The position numbers were made by a program, and so were the translations under genes. Shown here piece after piece: positions 16,656 through 23,822 of a stretch of 32,000 nt of DNA (the first letter of the stretch is position 1; every line of letters starts with the position of its first letter). The DNA is taken from positions 4,740,001 to 4,772,000 of the forward strand of contig NZ_LN831024.1 of the NCBI RefSeq assembly GCF_001457615.1. The letters run 5' to 3'. Below the pieces are notes generated by a model. It searched no databases and was not told where the DNA came from. It saw nothing but the letters and a program-made list of their open reading frames with translations. Source of the DNA: Pseudomonas aeruginosa (GTDB taxonomy: Bacteria > Pseudomonadota > Gammaproteobacteria > Pseudomonadales > Pseudomonadaceae).

Positions 16656-16667
16656 GCACAATTGTGC
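16656..16667. promoter_or_regulatory. Perfect 12-bp palindrome GCACAATTGTGC in the att-proximal arm
   Basis: Read directly from the sequence. It lies between the int gene and the att core. Confidence 0.35.
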
Positions 16668-16702
16668 ATGAACTCAGACAGCCGTGGACAGTGCGCCTCA
16701 AT

Positions 16703-16748
16703 GCTTCCCAAGCTCATGACGAGGGTTCGATTCCCTTCGCCCGCTCCA
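16703..16748 (+). other. 3' 46 nt of tRNA-Gly(CCC), from anticodon stem to CCA: attR of the P2-like prophage, not an intact tRNA
   Basis: GCTTCCCAAGCTCATGACGAGGGTTCGATTCCCTTCGCCCGCTCCA contains an anticodon loop TTCCCAA, a T-arm GAGGG-TTCGATT-CCCTT, and acceptor CGCCCGC-T-CCA. No complementary 5' acceptor (GCGGGCG) or D-arm lies upstream. Confidence 0.8.
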
Positions 16749-16750
16749 GA
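16725..16750 (+). repeat. attL core of the Pf prophage (26-bp direct repeat, T-loop to 3' end of tRNA-Gly)
   Basis: GTTCGATTCCCTTCGCCCGCTCCAGA is identical to 26479-26504. Confidence 0.9.
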
Positions 16751-16805
16751 CTCCATAGCTAAGCCCCTGAAAACATTGCGTTTTTGGGGGTTTTGCTTTT
16801 TAGGA

Positions 16806-16834
16806 GTCGAAAACGTGTCGAAAAAATGTCGAAA
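16806..16834 (+). repeat. Three GTCGAAA repeats in 11-bp register (putative integrase arm-type sites, left arm)
   Basis: GTCGAAA occurs at 16806, 16817 and 16828. An 18-nt block TGTCGAAAAAATGTCGAA is shared with 26366-26383. Confidence 0.55.
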
Positions 16835-16871
16835 CATATTTGCTAGCGCCCCCGAAGCAAAACAAGGATTG

Positions 16872-17111
16872 ATGCATATGAATGATCGTTACGAGGTCAA
16901 AGAAAAACGTTCAGCATCTACGGTGCAAGGCAAGACATTAGGACAACCAAAGCCAAGAGGTAACCCATCTTGCACTGGCGTACCCCAGTGGGTTGTTTAT
17001 GACACCTTCACGAAAGAAAGCGGGGAGCCATTCAGCAACCGACAAGACGCGTATACAGCATGTGATCAGCTAAATAGAAAACACGCTAGAAAAATGCGAG
17101 AAGAGGGTTAA
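16872..17111 (+). CDS. AT-rich small hypothetical protein (79 aa) at the int-proximal end of Pf
   Basis: ATG at 16872 gives MHMNDRYEVKEKRSASTVQGKTLGQPKPRG...NRKHARKMREEG. Its 3' end overlaps the convergent integrase by 26 nt. Only the 3' part of the track ORF 16575..17111 looks coding. Confidence 0.45.
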   Translation: MHMNDRYEVKEKRSASTVQGKTLGQPKPRGNPSCTGVPQWVVYDTFTKESGEPFSNRQDAYTACDQLNRKHARKMREEG

Positions 17112-18075
17112 GTCGCACCGCTTCCGATAAATGATCCTGCGACAAATGCGCATATCGCATCGTCATTGATAACGAGGCGTGCCCCAGGATGTGCTGTAGG
17201 GTCACGATGTGCCCCCCGTTCATGATGAAGTGACTGGCGAACGTGTGGCGCAGTACGTGGCTGGCCTGCCCCTTCGGCAGCTTGATCGAGGTCGACAGCA
17301 GCACTAGGCGGAACACGCCAAGGCAGTTCGTGAACGGCCCGTGGGTCTGCCAATGCCGGCGAATGTCGGCGGCCAGTTGTTCCGAGATCGGCACCGAGCG
17401 CACACGCTTGGACTTGGTGTTGGCGAAGATCACCGTATTACCTTTCAGACGTTCCGGCGTCAGCGCCTGAGCCTCACCCCATCGAGCCCCTGTCGCGAGG
17501 CAGATACGAGCGACCATCTTCGGATGTGGCGACGTGGTGCGCGCATCCAGGGCCGTAAGCAGTTCGGACACCTGATGCTTGGTCAGGTACGACAGCGGTC
17601 TTTCCTGAAGCTTGAGCGGCCGCATGCGCCCTACCGGATTCTCATAGTCAATGACGCCGAGTTGACGCAATTCGTTGTACATGGACTTGAGGTAGCCAAG
17701 ACGGTTATTCGCGGTCTTGCCCGACATGCCATTGGCTATCTGCCGGCTACGCAACCGAGCCACTTTCGCAGGCTCCAGGGAGACAGCGACCGGGTCGCCC
17801 AGGTCCTTTGCCACCAACCTCAGAATCGCCACGCAACGATGCCCGTTGCTGAGGGTCTGGCCGTGCAGTTCATACCAGAGTTCGACCAACTCCGAGAGAC
17901 GCCGACGGTCCTTCGGCCTGAGCGTCCAGCAGGGGTTTTCCGCACACTTCTGACGCGCGGTGGCCTCGAATTGCTGCGCCTCCATCTTGGTTTTGAACCG
18001 CTTGCGAAAGCGCTTGCCCTTGATCGGTTCTACATCGACGAACCAACGGCCATCGGGGAGCTTGGTGATCGACAT
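17086..18075 (-). CDS. int: Tyrosine recombinase / phage integrase (Pf integrase)
   Basis: 329 aa. The C-terminal catalytic region has ARWGEA, HVLRHTFASH and LGHASLSMTMRYAHL. It lies adjacent to attL. Confidence 0.9.
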   Translation of the reverse strand: MSITKLPDGRWFVDVEPIKGKRFRKRFKTKMEAQQFEATARQKCAENPCWTLRPKDRRRLSELVELWYELHGQTLSNGHRCVAILRLVAKDLGDPVAVSLEPAKVARLRSRQIANGMSGKTANNRLGYLKSMYNELRQLGVIDYENPVGRMRPLKLQERPLSYLTKHQVSELLTALDARTTSPHPKMVARICLATGARWGEAQALTPERLKGNTVIFANTKSKRVRSVPISEQLAADIRRHWQTHGPFTNCLGVFRLVLLSTSIKLPKGQASHVLRHTFASHFIMNGGHIVTLQHILGHASLSMTMRYAHLSQDHLSEAVRLNPLLAFF

Positions 18076-19367
18076 TAGACGGCATACCCCCGCCGCAGAT
18101 ACCGATCACACATCAGCTTGTGGATATGCCTTTCCAGATCGCGACGAGTCCAACCCTTGGCGAGATAGTGGTCTTCGATAACGTGCCAGAACTCCAGTTT
18201 ACGGGCGGACTCAATAGCCTTTTTTGCCGGGACACGCTCCCGCGCGATCAGGCTCACGAACTGGCCGAGAAACATCTCGCAGTTACGCCCGCTAAAGCCC
18301 TTGGCGGTCTTGTAATAGCGCCGATACTCGGTGCGCTCGATCAGCGGATCGCACTCGACCTGGACGCGGGCGTCCTGGCTGATCAGGCTCCAGAACGGAT
18401 CGTAGACCGCCGTCCGGCTCAGCAGCTTGAAGCTTTCGCAGGCGTAGTTCCACAGTCCTTGCAGGTGCGGGCAAAGCCCCTCATAGGTGCGGCAGCCGAT
18501 GACCTCTCCCGAAGCCATGCGCGAGCCTTCGGAGAACTGCTGGACGATGGAGTGATGGAAGCGGAATTCGAGCCGCCAGACCGTTTCCAGGGGGTTATAG
18601 GCCGGGTCGCCATCGCCGAACGGATCCCCATTCAGGGTCGCCCACACGCTTTCCCAATAGTCGAGCTTGTCGGTGGCCCGAGCCTGGAGGGTCTTGTTAT
18701 AGATCGACAGTTGCAGGCCGTTGGCCGAGCCGAACATGTACGTCTCGCCACGCCCGTAGACCGAGGCGTTACCGTCGAACTCGATCCGCTCGATCCCGCT
18801 GATTTGCCGTACCCGACGCGAGCGGCAATGCATGCGGTCCACCAGATCACGAGGCGGTTTCCAGCCCTGCACATCCAGCGCGATATGCACTGCGGCTTGG
18901 TTGGTTTCGCAGTGGCTCAGCACGGCAGCGGCCAAGTCATCCAGCACGCCCTGGAGGATATGCGGGTCGGCACCGTCGAGGGCATGGGGCGACACTTCGA
19001 TCTTGAGGTGCGAGCCGAGGGTATCGACCTTGATGTTGTGATTCTTGATCAGCAGGATCAGGCCCATTTCGGCGTTCTGCAGGCGGTACTGATAGCCGGA
19101 GTCGCGACCGATGCGGCCCTTGGACCACTCGTAGCCGGCGAACTCGACCACATCCACCGAGAGGTCAAACAGCGCCATGACTTCCGGCCGGAGTTTGCCG
19201 TTGTACAACTGCCGCACCGTATCCACGCCGCACCGCAGAATGCGCACGCCTGACAGGTCGGTGAATTGAGCCGTGGTGTCGTCGAAGAACAACCGCCCTT
19301 TCGGGCTTTCCAAGACCTGACCGTCCGACTCGATACTGACGCGAATTTGATGGCTGATTTTCTTCAT
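18075..19367 (-). CDS. Filamentous phage replication initiation protein (gII-like)
   Basis: 430 aa. The stop overlaps the int start (TAATG). Its position next to zot matches the Pf gene order recalled for Pf4. Confidence 0.8.
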   Translation of the reverse strand: MKKISHQIRVSIESDGQVLESPKGRLFFDDTTAQFTDLSGVRILRCGVDTVRQLYNGKLRPEVMALFDLSVDVVEFAGYEWSKGRIGRDSGYQYRLQNAEMGLILLIKNHNIKVDTLGSHLKIEVSPHALDGADPHILQGVLDDLAAAVLSHCETNQAAVHIALDVQGWKPPRDLVDRMHCRSRRVRQISGIERIEFDGNASVYGRGETYMFGSANGLQLSIYNKTLQARATDKLDYWESVWATLNGDPFGDGDPAYNPLETVWRLEFRFHHSIVQQFSEGSRMASGEVIGCRTYEGLCPHLQGLWNYACESFKLLSRTAVYDPFWSLISQDARVQVECDPLIERTEYRRYYKTAKGFSGRNCEMFLGQFVSLIARERVPAKKAIESARKLEFWHVIEDHYLAKGWTRRDLERHIHKLMCDRYLRRGYAV

Positions 19368-19504
19368 CTTTAACGATCCAAATTGGTACGAATTGAAACC
19401 GCAATAGGTGGCTTATCTGACGTGTTACAGGGGCGTCAGCCGGCCCCGCCGTGGCGCTTGCTCACTCCGAGACGAGCCGTTCGCGCGCGCCCCGGCCAGG
19501 CCGG

Positions 19505-19615
19505 CTACAGCGGCCATACCGGCCCCGTCGGCGTCACCGCCACCGCGAAGAAGAAGCCCGCCAGATAGGCCAGGAACGCCAGCCCCAGGGCGGCGAAATA
19601 GCTTGTCCAGTTCAT
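19505..19615 (-). CDS. Small hydrophobic protein (36 aa) immediately after zot
   Basis: MNWTSYFAALGLAFLAYLAGFFFAVAVTPTGPVWPL. SD GAGGGGGAG overlaps the zot stop. Below the ORF-track cutoff. Confidence 0.4.
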   Translation of the reverse strand: MNWTSYFAALGLAFLAYLAGFFFAVAVTPTGPVWPL

Positions 19616-19625
19616 CGGCTCCCCC

Positions 19626-20888
19626 TCAGTTGATCGAGCGCGGCAAGCGGCTGGTGTCAGGAACCACCGTCACCCGCACGGCGGCGCTGTTCGCGGCGGC
19701 GGGCGGCACGCTCGGCGCGGCGGCCTGAGCCGGCGGCGCATTGCCCAAGGCACTACGCCCGGCGCAGGCGGCATAGCCGGACCAACCGCCCTTGAAGCTC
19801 AGTTCCGCAGCGCAGTTGCCCCGCGGCACCACGGCATAGCCGGTGTCGGTCAGGTCGCGATCGGTGAGAGTGAATTCGCTGCCGTCCTGGCCCCGGACGG
19901 CGAACAGATAGGTGCGGCGCCCGGAGGCGGACAGCAGGGTCGCCTTGACGATGAAGTCGCGGCCGGCGAAGGGATGCCCTACAGGAGCAGCGCCCGGAAC
20001 GCCTGGGTGCCCAGGTACATCATCAGCAGCATCAGGATCAGCCGCACCAGTAGCACGCGCAGCACCCACAGCAGGACCGGCTTGAGCAGGCGCAGCAGTT
20101 CCAGCAGCAGGCGGCAATACAGGGTCGCCCATGAGCAGACGAGGTCCGCCGTCATAAACCACAGACCCAATAGCAAGGGCCGGAATTGCCATGAATAGAA
20201 GAATCTTAGGTTGTCTAAAAAGGCTCTTGCCGGCGATGGTGTCGGTGACGGAGCCGGTGGCTGTCGATTCATAGAGGGCGAAGGTCTCCTGGCGGATTTT
20301 CTTGATCTCGACGATCACGTCGCGGGCCGGCGGTTTGTTGTCCTGCGCCGAGTGCTGGCTTTCCTTGTAGCGGCCCCGAATGCCGATGACGGCGAGGTTG
20401 GAGTGCAGATAGGCCTTTTCCGCCGTCATGCGGATGTCGTCGCGGATATAGGCGATGTTCGGCGTGGTGAGGATGATGTCCCAGTTGAAATGCCGGTGCC
20501 GGGTCCAGGCATCCAGCCAGCCCATGGGCCGCCCGGCTGCCTTGGCCGCTTCCGGGCCGTCCGGGAAGTCGAAGCGCTTGAGGTCGGCTTCGCGCCAGGA
20601 CTTCAGAAAGATCAGTTGGGTTTCGTCGAAAATGATGAACGCGCCACGCGGCGCCCACATGAACCAAGTGCGCATCTTTTCCATGTCTTCCAGGTCCTCG
20701 AGGTCGAGGTTGATGACGTCGCAGCTGGAGGGCGTCTCCGGCATCACTTGGAAGATCCGTTCGCGGGTCAGGCCGCGCACGTTGGTGATGATGACGCGGC
20801 CTTTCTTGATCGCGGGGATCAGGTCATCTTGGATCGCGCCGGAGGTCTTGTAGGAGCCGTTCGGGCCGTGATGAATCTTGATCGCCAT
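19626..20888 (-). CDS. zot: Zot-family assembly ATPase (gI-like)
   Basis: N-terminal Walker [11 protein letters not shown], a TM segment in mid-protein, and a Pro/Ala-rich linker. 420 aa. Confidence 0.9.
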   Translation of the reverse strand: MAIKIHHGPNGSYKTSGAIQDDLIPAIKKGRVIITNVRGLTRERIFQVMPETPSSCDVINLDLEDLEDMEKMRTWFMWAPRGAFIIFDETQLIFLKSWREADLKRFDFPDGPEAAKAAGRPMGWLDAWTRHRHFNWDIILTTPNIAYIRDDIRMTAEKAYLHSNLAVIGIRGRYKESQHSAQDNKPPARDVIVEIKKIRQETFALYESTATGSVTDTIAGKSLFRQPKILLFMAIPALAIGSVVYDGGPRLLMGDPVLPPAAGTAAPAQAGPAVGAARATGAADPDAADDVPGHPGVPGAAPVGHPFAGRDFIVKATLLSASGRRTYLFAVRGQDGSEFTLTDRDLTDTGYAVVPRGNCAAELSFKGGWSGYAACAGRSALGNAPPAQAAAPSVPPAAANSAAVRVTVVPDTSRLPRSIN

Positions 20889-20889
20889 G

Positions 20890-21240
20890 TCACTTACCTA
20901 TGAAGGGGATGAAGGACATGGAGAAGCGCGTGCCGATGGCGGCGAAGATCATGTTCACCGCGTCCGGCAGGCCGAAGAACGCCAGCAGCGAGCGCAGGTC
21001 GCCGTCCAGGGACGAGTAATAGGACGTGATGGTCGAGCCGATACCGATGCCGCCGACGACTTCGCGGAACGCCTTGTAGCCGATTTCCGCGACGAACAAT
21101 TGCATCTCGAACCAGCCCTTGATGGCCATCTTGGTCAGCAGGACAAAGGCGTCGGTGACGAAGTCATAGACGCCGCTGTAGAGGAAGTCCCAGAGGGATT
21201 GCATCCAGGCGAGAATGTCGGAGAGAAAGGGAATGTCCAT
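20890..21240 (-). CDS. Inovirus minor coat/membrane protein (gVI-like)
   Basis: 116-aa hydrophobic protein between coaA and zot. Confidence 0.7.
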   Translation of the reverse strand: MDIPFLSDILAWMQSLWDFLYSGVYDFVTDAFVLLTKMAIKGWFEMQLFVAEIGYKAFREVVGGIGIGSTITSYYSSLDGDLRSLLAFFGLPDAVNMIFAAIGTRFSMSFIPFIGK

Positions 21241-21249
21241 GGCGTTTCC

Positions 21250-22404
21250 TCAGGAGCGATAGAAAACGATCCATCCGGCCAGGATCGCGGCGATGAACAG
21301 CACCACGTAGCGGATGACGGAGAGTTCTTGGGCGTACTGGGTGAGGCAGACGTCGTAGCGCTGGCCGAGGGCGGTAAAGTCCCAACACGGTAGGGAGCCG
21401 CCGCCGGTGCCCAGGTGAATATCGAACTTGGAAGCGAGGACGCTTTCGAACTTGCCTTGCAGTTCCTGGAAGTCCTTTTGCGCCTTGACGATGGCGTCGT
21501 CGTATTCCTTGATGGTCTTGTCGAAGGAGCCTTGCTTCGGCTCTTTCAGGCCTCCCCCGCCGGAGCCGTCGCCGCCATCGCCACCGGTCCCGCCGCTGGA
21601 GCCGGACCCGTCGCCATCGCCGCCGCTACTGCCGTCACCGCCGGGCGTGGTGCCGCAGTCACTGCCAACATGGCCCTGACAGGGGTTGTTACCGCCACCG
21701 CCCCCACCGCCGCCGCCACCACTGGAGCCGTCATCGCCACCGCCGTTACCGGGCTTGGTGCCGCCATCGCTTCCACCGTCGCCGCCGGGCGGGTTGCTGC
21801 CACCGTCGCCCCCGGTGCCGCCGTCTCCCCCCGGAGGCGGACCGTCGCCCGGGCCCACGTCGCAGCCGAAAGCACAGGAGCCCTTGGAGGTGAACCAGTT
21901 ACCGGTGAACGAGCCGATGACCCGGCAGAAGGTTCCACCCGCTTCGCCCTCAGCGGGGCCGATACAACCATCAATCGAACTGACGGCGATCTCACAACCG
22001 AGGTAATTGATGAAGCGGGAAATCGGTGCTTGGTGGCCGCCTTTTTCATAGAGCGAGCCAGCCAGAATCTTGCACTTATTCTCCCGGCATTCGCCGGCAC
22101 TGAGATCAAGCTCAGTTCCCTCAGGACACCTATCACCTTTCAAATAAACATCCGTATTAAAAAGAATCCAATCACCAGAACGAACCACACAATAGAAAAC
22201 CTTGCCCGCCTCACTTGGATTTGACGAAGGTTCCATAACAAAAACCCGACCAGGGTCCTTGGAAAAACTGCTGAAATAAAGATCACAGCCAGCCGTAGGG
22301 GATGAAACTTTCTTATTAAAATAACCCATGTACCAGTAATAATATTCGGCATGAGCTGCCGAACCAAATAACAACGTGATAATCAACAATATGAACCGAG
22401 GCAT
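21250..22404 (-). CDS. coaA: Minor coat/adsorption protein CoaA (g3p-like) with Gly-rich linkers
   Basis: Signal peptide MPRFILLIITLLFGSAAHA, a Cys-rich N-terminal domain, long GGDGG/GGGGGG linkers and a C-terminal membrane anchor. The N-terminal ~90 codons are AT-rich. Confidence 0.85.
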   Translation of the reverse strand: MPRFILLIITLLFGSAAHAEYYYWYMGYFNKKVSSPTAGCDLYFSSFSKDPGRVFVMEPSSNPSEAGKVFYCVVRSGDWILFNTDVYLKGDRCPEGTELDLSAGECRENKCKILAGSLYEKGGHQAPISRFINYLGCEIAVSSIDGCIGPAEGEAGGTFCRVIGSFTGNWFTSKGSCAFGCDVGPGDGPPPGGDGGTGGDGGSNPPGGDGGSDGGTKPGNGGGDDGSSGGGGGGGGGGNNPCQGHVGSDCGTTPGGDGSSGGDGDGSGSSGGTGGDGGDGSGGGGLKEPKQGSFDKTIKEYDDAIVKAQKDFQELQGKFESVLASKFDIHLGTGGGSLPCWDFTALGQRYDVCLTQYAQELSVIRYVVLFIAAILAGWIVFYRS

Positions 22405-22426
22405 AAAAAAGGGGCCTTTCGGCCCC
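22405..22426 (-). terminator. Rho-independent terminator after the major coat region, abutting the coaA start
   Basis: On the minus strand, GGGGCC-GAAA-GGCCCC is followed by TTTTTT and then directly by the coaA ATG. Confidence 0.8.
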
Positions 22427-22513
22427 TCCTCCTGTCACTGATACTGGCCGATTTTCAATCCCGTCAGCAGCGCGGACGCCATGAATGCGCCCAGCATCAG
22501 GGACCAGATCACG

Positions 22514-22732
22514 TCAGGCCTTGCGCATCGCGCCGATGACCAGGGCGAGGCCGACCAGCACCGCCACGGCGGCGATCACCAACTTGGCCACGGACCCGCC
22601 ATCAGTGCTGGCTTGCGCCAGAACCCCCTTGGTGGTTTCGTCGAGCAGCGATTCGGCGAAGGAGACGTTGGCCACGGCCAGGCCGGCGGTGGCGATGGAA
22701 GCGTTGCGGAACAGGGCTTTCATTTTTTCCAT
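22514..22732 (-). CDS. coaB: Major coat protein CoaB (g8p-like)
   Basis: 72-aa precursor with signal ...ANVSFA | ESLLDE. The 46-aa mature part has an acidic N-terminus, a hydrophobic core and a basic C-terminus (MRKA). Confidence 0.85.
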   Translation of the reverse strand: MEKMKALFRNASIATAGLAVANVSFAESLLDETTKGVLAQASTDGGSVAKLVIAAVAVLVGLALVIGAMRKA

Positions 22733-22745
22733 GATTGGAACCTCA

Positions 22746-22997
22746 TTAATTGCGCGCTTTGCGCATGGCGGAAATGATCAAGCCAGCCCCCAAACCAACG
22801 GCGAACAGCCCGATGGTCCCGGCGAAGCCGAGGCGGAAGGCCGACGGGTCGAAACCACCCATCAGCAGAGTCAAATAGCCCTCTGCCTCAGGCGGCAGCA
22901 GGTAGGTCTGTATCCACTCAAGGTGCGTACAGCCAACCGTGCCGTCCGCGTTCTGGACCCAGGTCTTGCACACTTGAACCGATACAGAGCCTTCCAT
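22746..22997 (-). CDS. Inovirus small membrane protein
   Basis: ATG at 22997 lies behind GAGGA. The C-terminal TM is GTIGLFAVGLGAGLIISAM, with a basic tail. The track ORF starts at an upstream TTG (23012). Confidence 0.65.
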   Translation of the reverse strand: MEGSVSVQVCKTWVQNADGTVGCTHLEWIQTYLLPPEAEGYLTLLMGGFDPSAFRLGFAGTIGLFAVGLGAGLIISAMRKARN

Positions 22998-23008
22998 TCG
23001 TGCAGTCC

Positions 23009-23101
23009 TCAAACAGCCAGGGAGGCCGCTAGGCCGTCGATCCAGCCCCAGGCGTAGCCGGTAGCCAGACCTACCGCGAACAGCGAGAGATAACGGAGCA
23101 T
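23009..23101 (-). CDS. pfsE: PfsE, 30-aa Pf superinfection-exclusion peptide
   Basis: [30 protein letters not shown] behind AGGAGG. Y16/W18/W20 match the aromatic motif recalled for Pf4 PfsE. Below the ORF-track cutoff. Confidence 0.75.
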   Translation of the reverse strand: MLRYLSLFAVGLATGYAWGWIDGLAASLAV

Positions 23102-23117
23102 CGCGGCCTCCTAGGGC

Positions 23118-23552
23118 TTACGCCTTGGCGTCCGGAGACTTGTCTTGTTTGTCCTGGCCCTGCGGCTGCTGGGCCGGGCGCGGGGCTTGGGCCTGTGCTT
23201 GCGGGCGGGCCGGGGCTTGGGCGGTCGGCGCCATCGGCTTGCCGCCCACGGCCAGCAGATCCACAAGGACCTGGGTATTGGTGATCCGACCGAAACGGTC
23301 TTGGGTCGGGCGGACCACGCTGGCGAACTTGCAGAGCACCGGCTGGCCTTCGAAGACGATGGCGTCCAGCAGCGTCGGCTCGATGTTGTATTCGCTGATC
23401 TCGAAGCCCTTGGCGTTGCCACGGGCACCTTCCGGGATCGGAGCGATGGACTGGACCGAGGCGTAGATTTCCCCGGTCTTGGTCGAGGTGTAGGTGTCGG
23501 TCTTGGTGACCCACAGTTCGACGACGCCGCCTTGGGTTGCAAACATGTTCAT
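23118..23552 (-). CDS. ssDNA-binding (helix-destabilising) protein, gV-like
   Basis: ATG at 23552 lies behind AAGGAG. MNMFATQGGVVELWVTKTDTYTSTKTGEIYASVQ... with a Pro/Gln/Ala-rich tail. 144 aa. Confidence 0.85.
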   Translation of the reverse strand: MNMFATQGGVVELWVTKTDTYTSTKTGEIYASVQSIAPIPEGARGNAKGFEISEYNIEPTLLDAIVFEGQPVLCKFASVVRPTQDRFGRITNTQVLVDLLAVGGKPMAPTAQAPARPQAQAQAPRPAQQPQGQDKQDKSPDAKA

Positions 23553-23822
23553 CGGTGTTTCTCCTTCAATTCGCCTTTTTCGGCGTGAGTTGTCCCGCTG
23601 CTGCAAATTCGGCTGTTTCGCCTTCATTCAGCGGTGTTGGGTGAAAGTGATTTGTCGGGCGATCCCTTCGGGCCGGGCTCTATTCGCTAGCGAACCAAGC
23701 CAACCACGGGTGTTCGTCTCGGCCCATTCGGGTAACGACCCCTATCGCAACGTCGTCTCCAACGGCCAAGGGGAACGCTCCCCCTTGGAACCCGCAGAGC
23801 AACACCAAGGGCTCTGCCCTTG

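Larger units (their letters stand above)
1..16748. mobile_element. P2-like myovirus prophage, right-hand portion (left end lies outside the window)
   Basis: Canonical FII-E-E'-T-U-D tail order, then an immunity/early region with Ogr. Ends with a P4-type integrase next to a 46-nt tRNA-Gly 3' fragment (attR). Confidence 0.85.

Noticed and set aside
16672-16748. A complete tRNA gene at the first att copy, and another at 26440-26502
   Set aside because: No 5' acceptor strand (GCGGGCG), D-arm or anticodon-stem 5' strand can be formed at either site. The first copy has only the 3' 46 nt and the second only the 3' ~26 nt.
16575-16871. 5' two-thirds of the 178-aa ORF 16575..17111, and the antisense ORF 16547..16837
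   Set aside because: They run straight across the tRNA fragment, att core and terminator-like hairpins. Only the AT-rich 3' part from ATG 16872 is a plausible gene.
19974-20903. Alternative-frame ORFs inside zot (19974..20198, 19979..20272, 20211..20903, 20269..20667, 20455..20853)
   Set aside because: They overlap a well-supported Zot ATPase gene and lack start contexts. Their composition is that of off-frame high-GC sequence.
21540-21860. Repetitive GGC/GCC-rich stretch that could be mistaken for a tandem repeat array or spacer-repeat structure
   Set aside because: It is in frame within coaA and encodes the Gly/Asp/Ser-rich linkers typical of g3p-type adsorption proteins. There is no regular repeat-spacer periodicity, and no CRISPR array occurs anywhere in the window.
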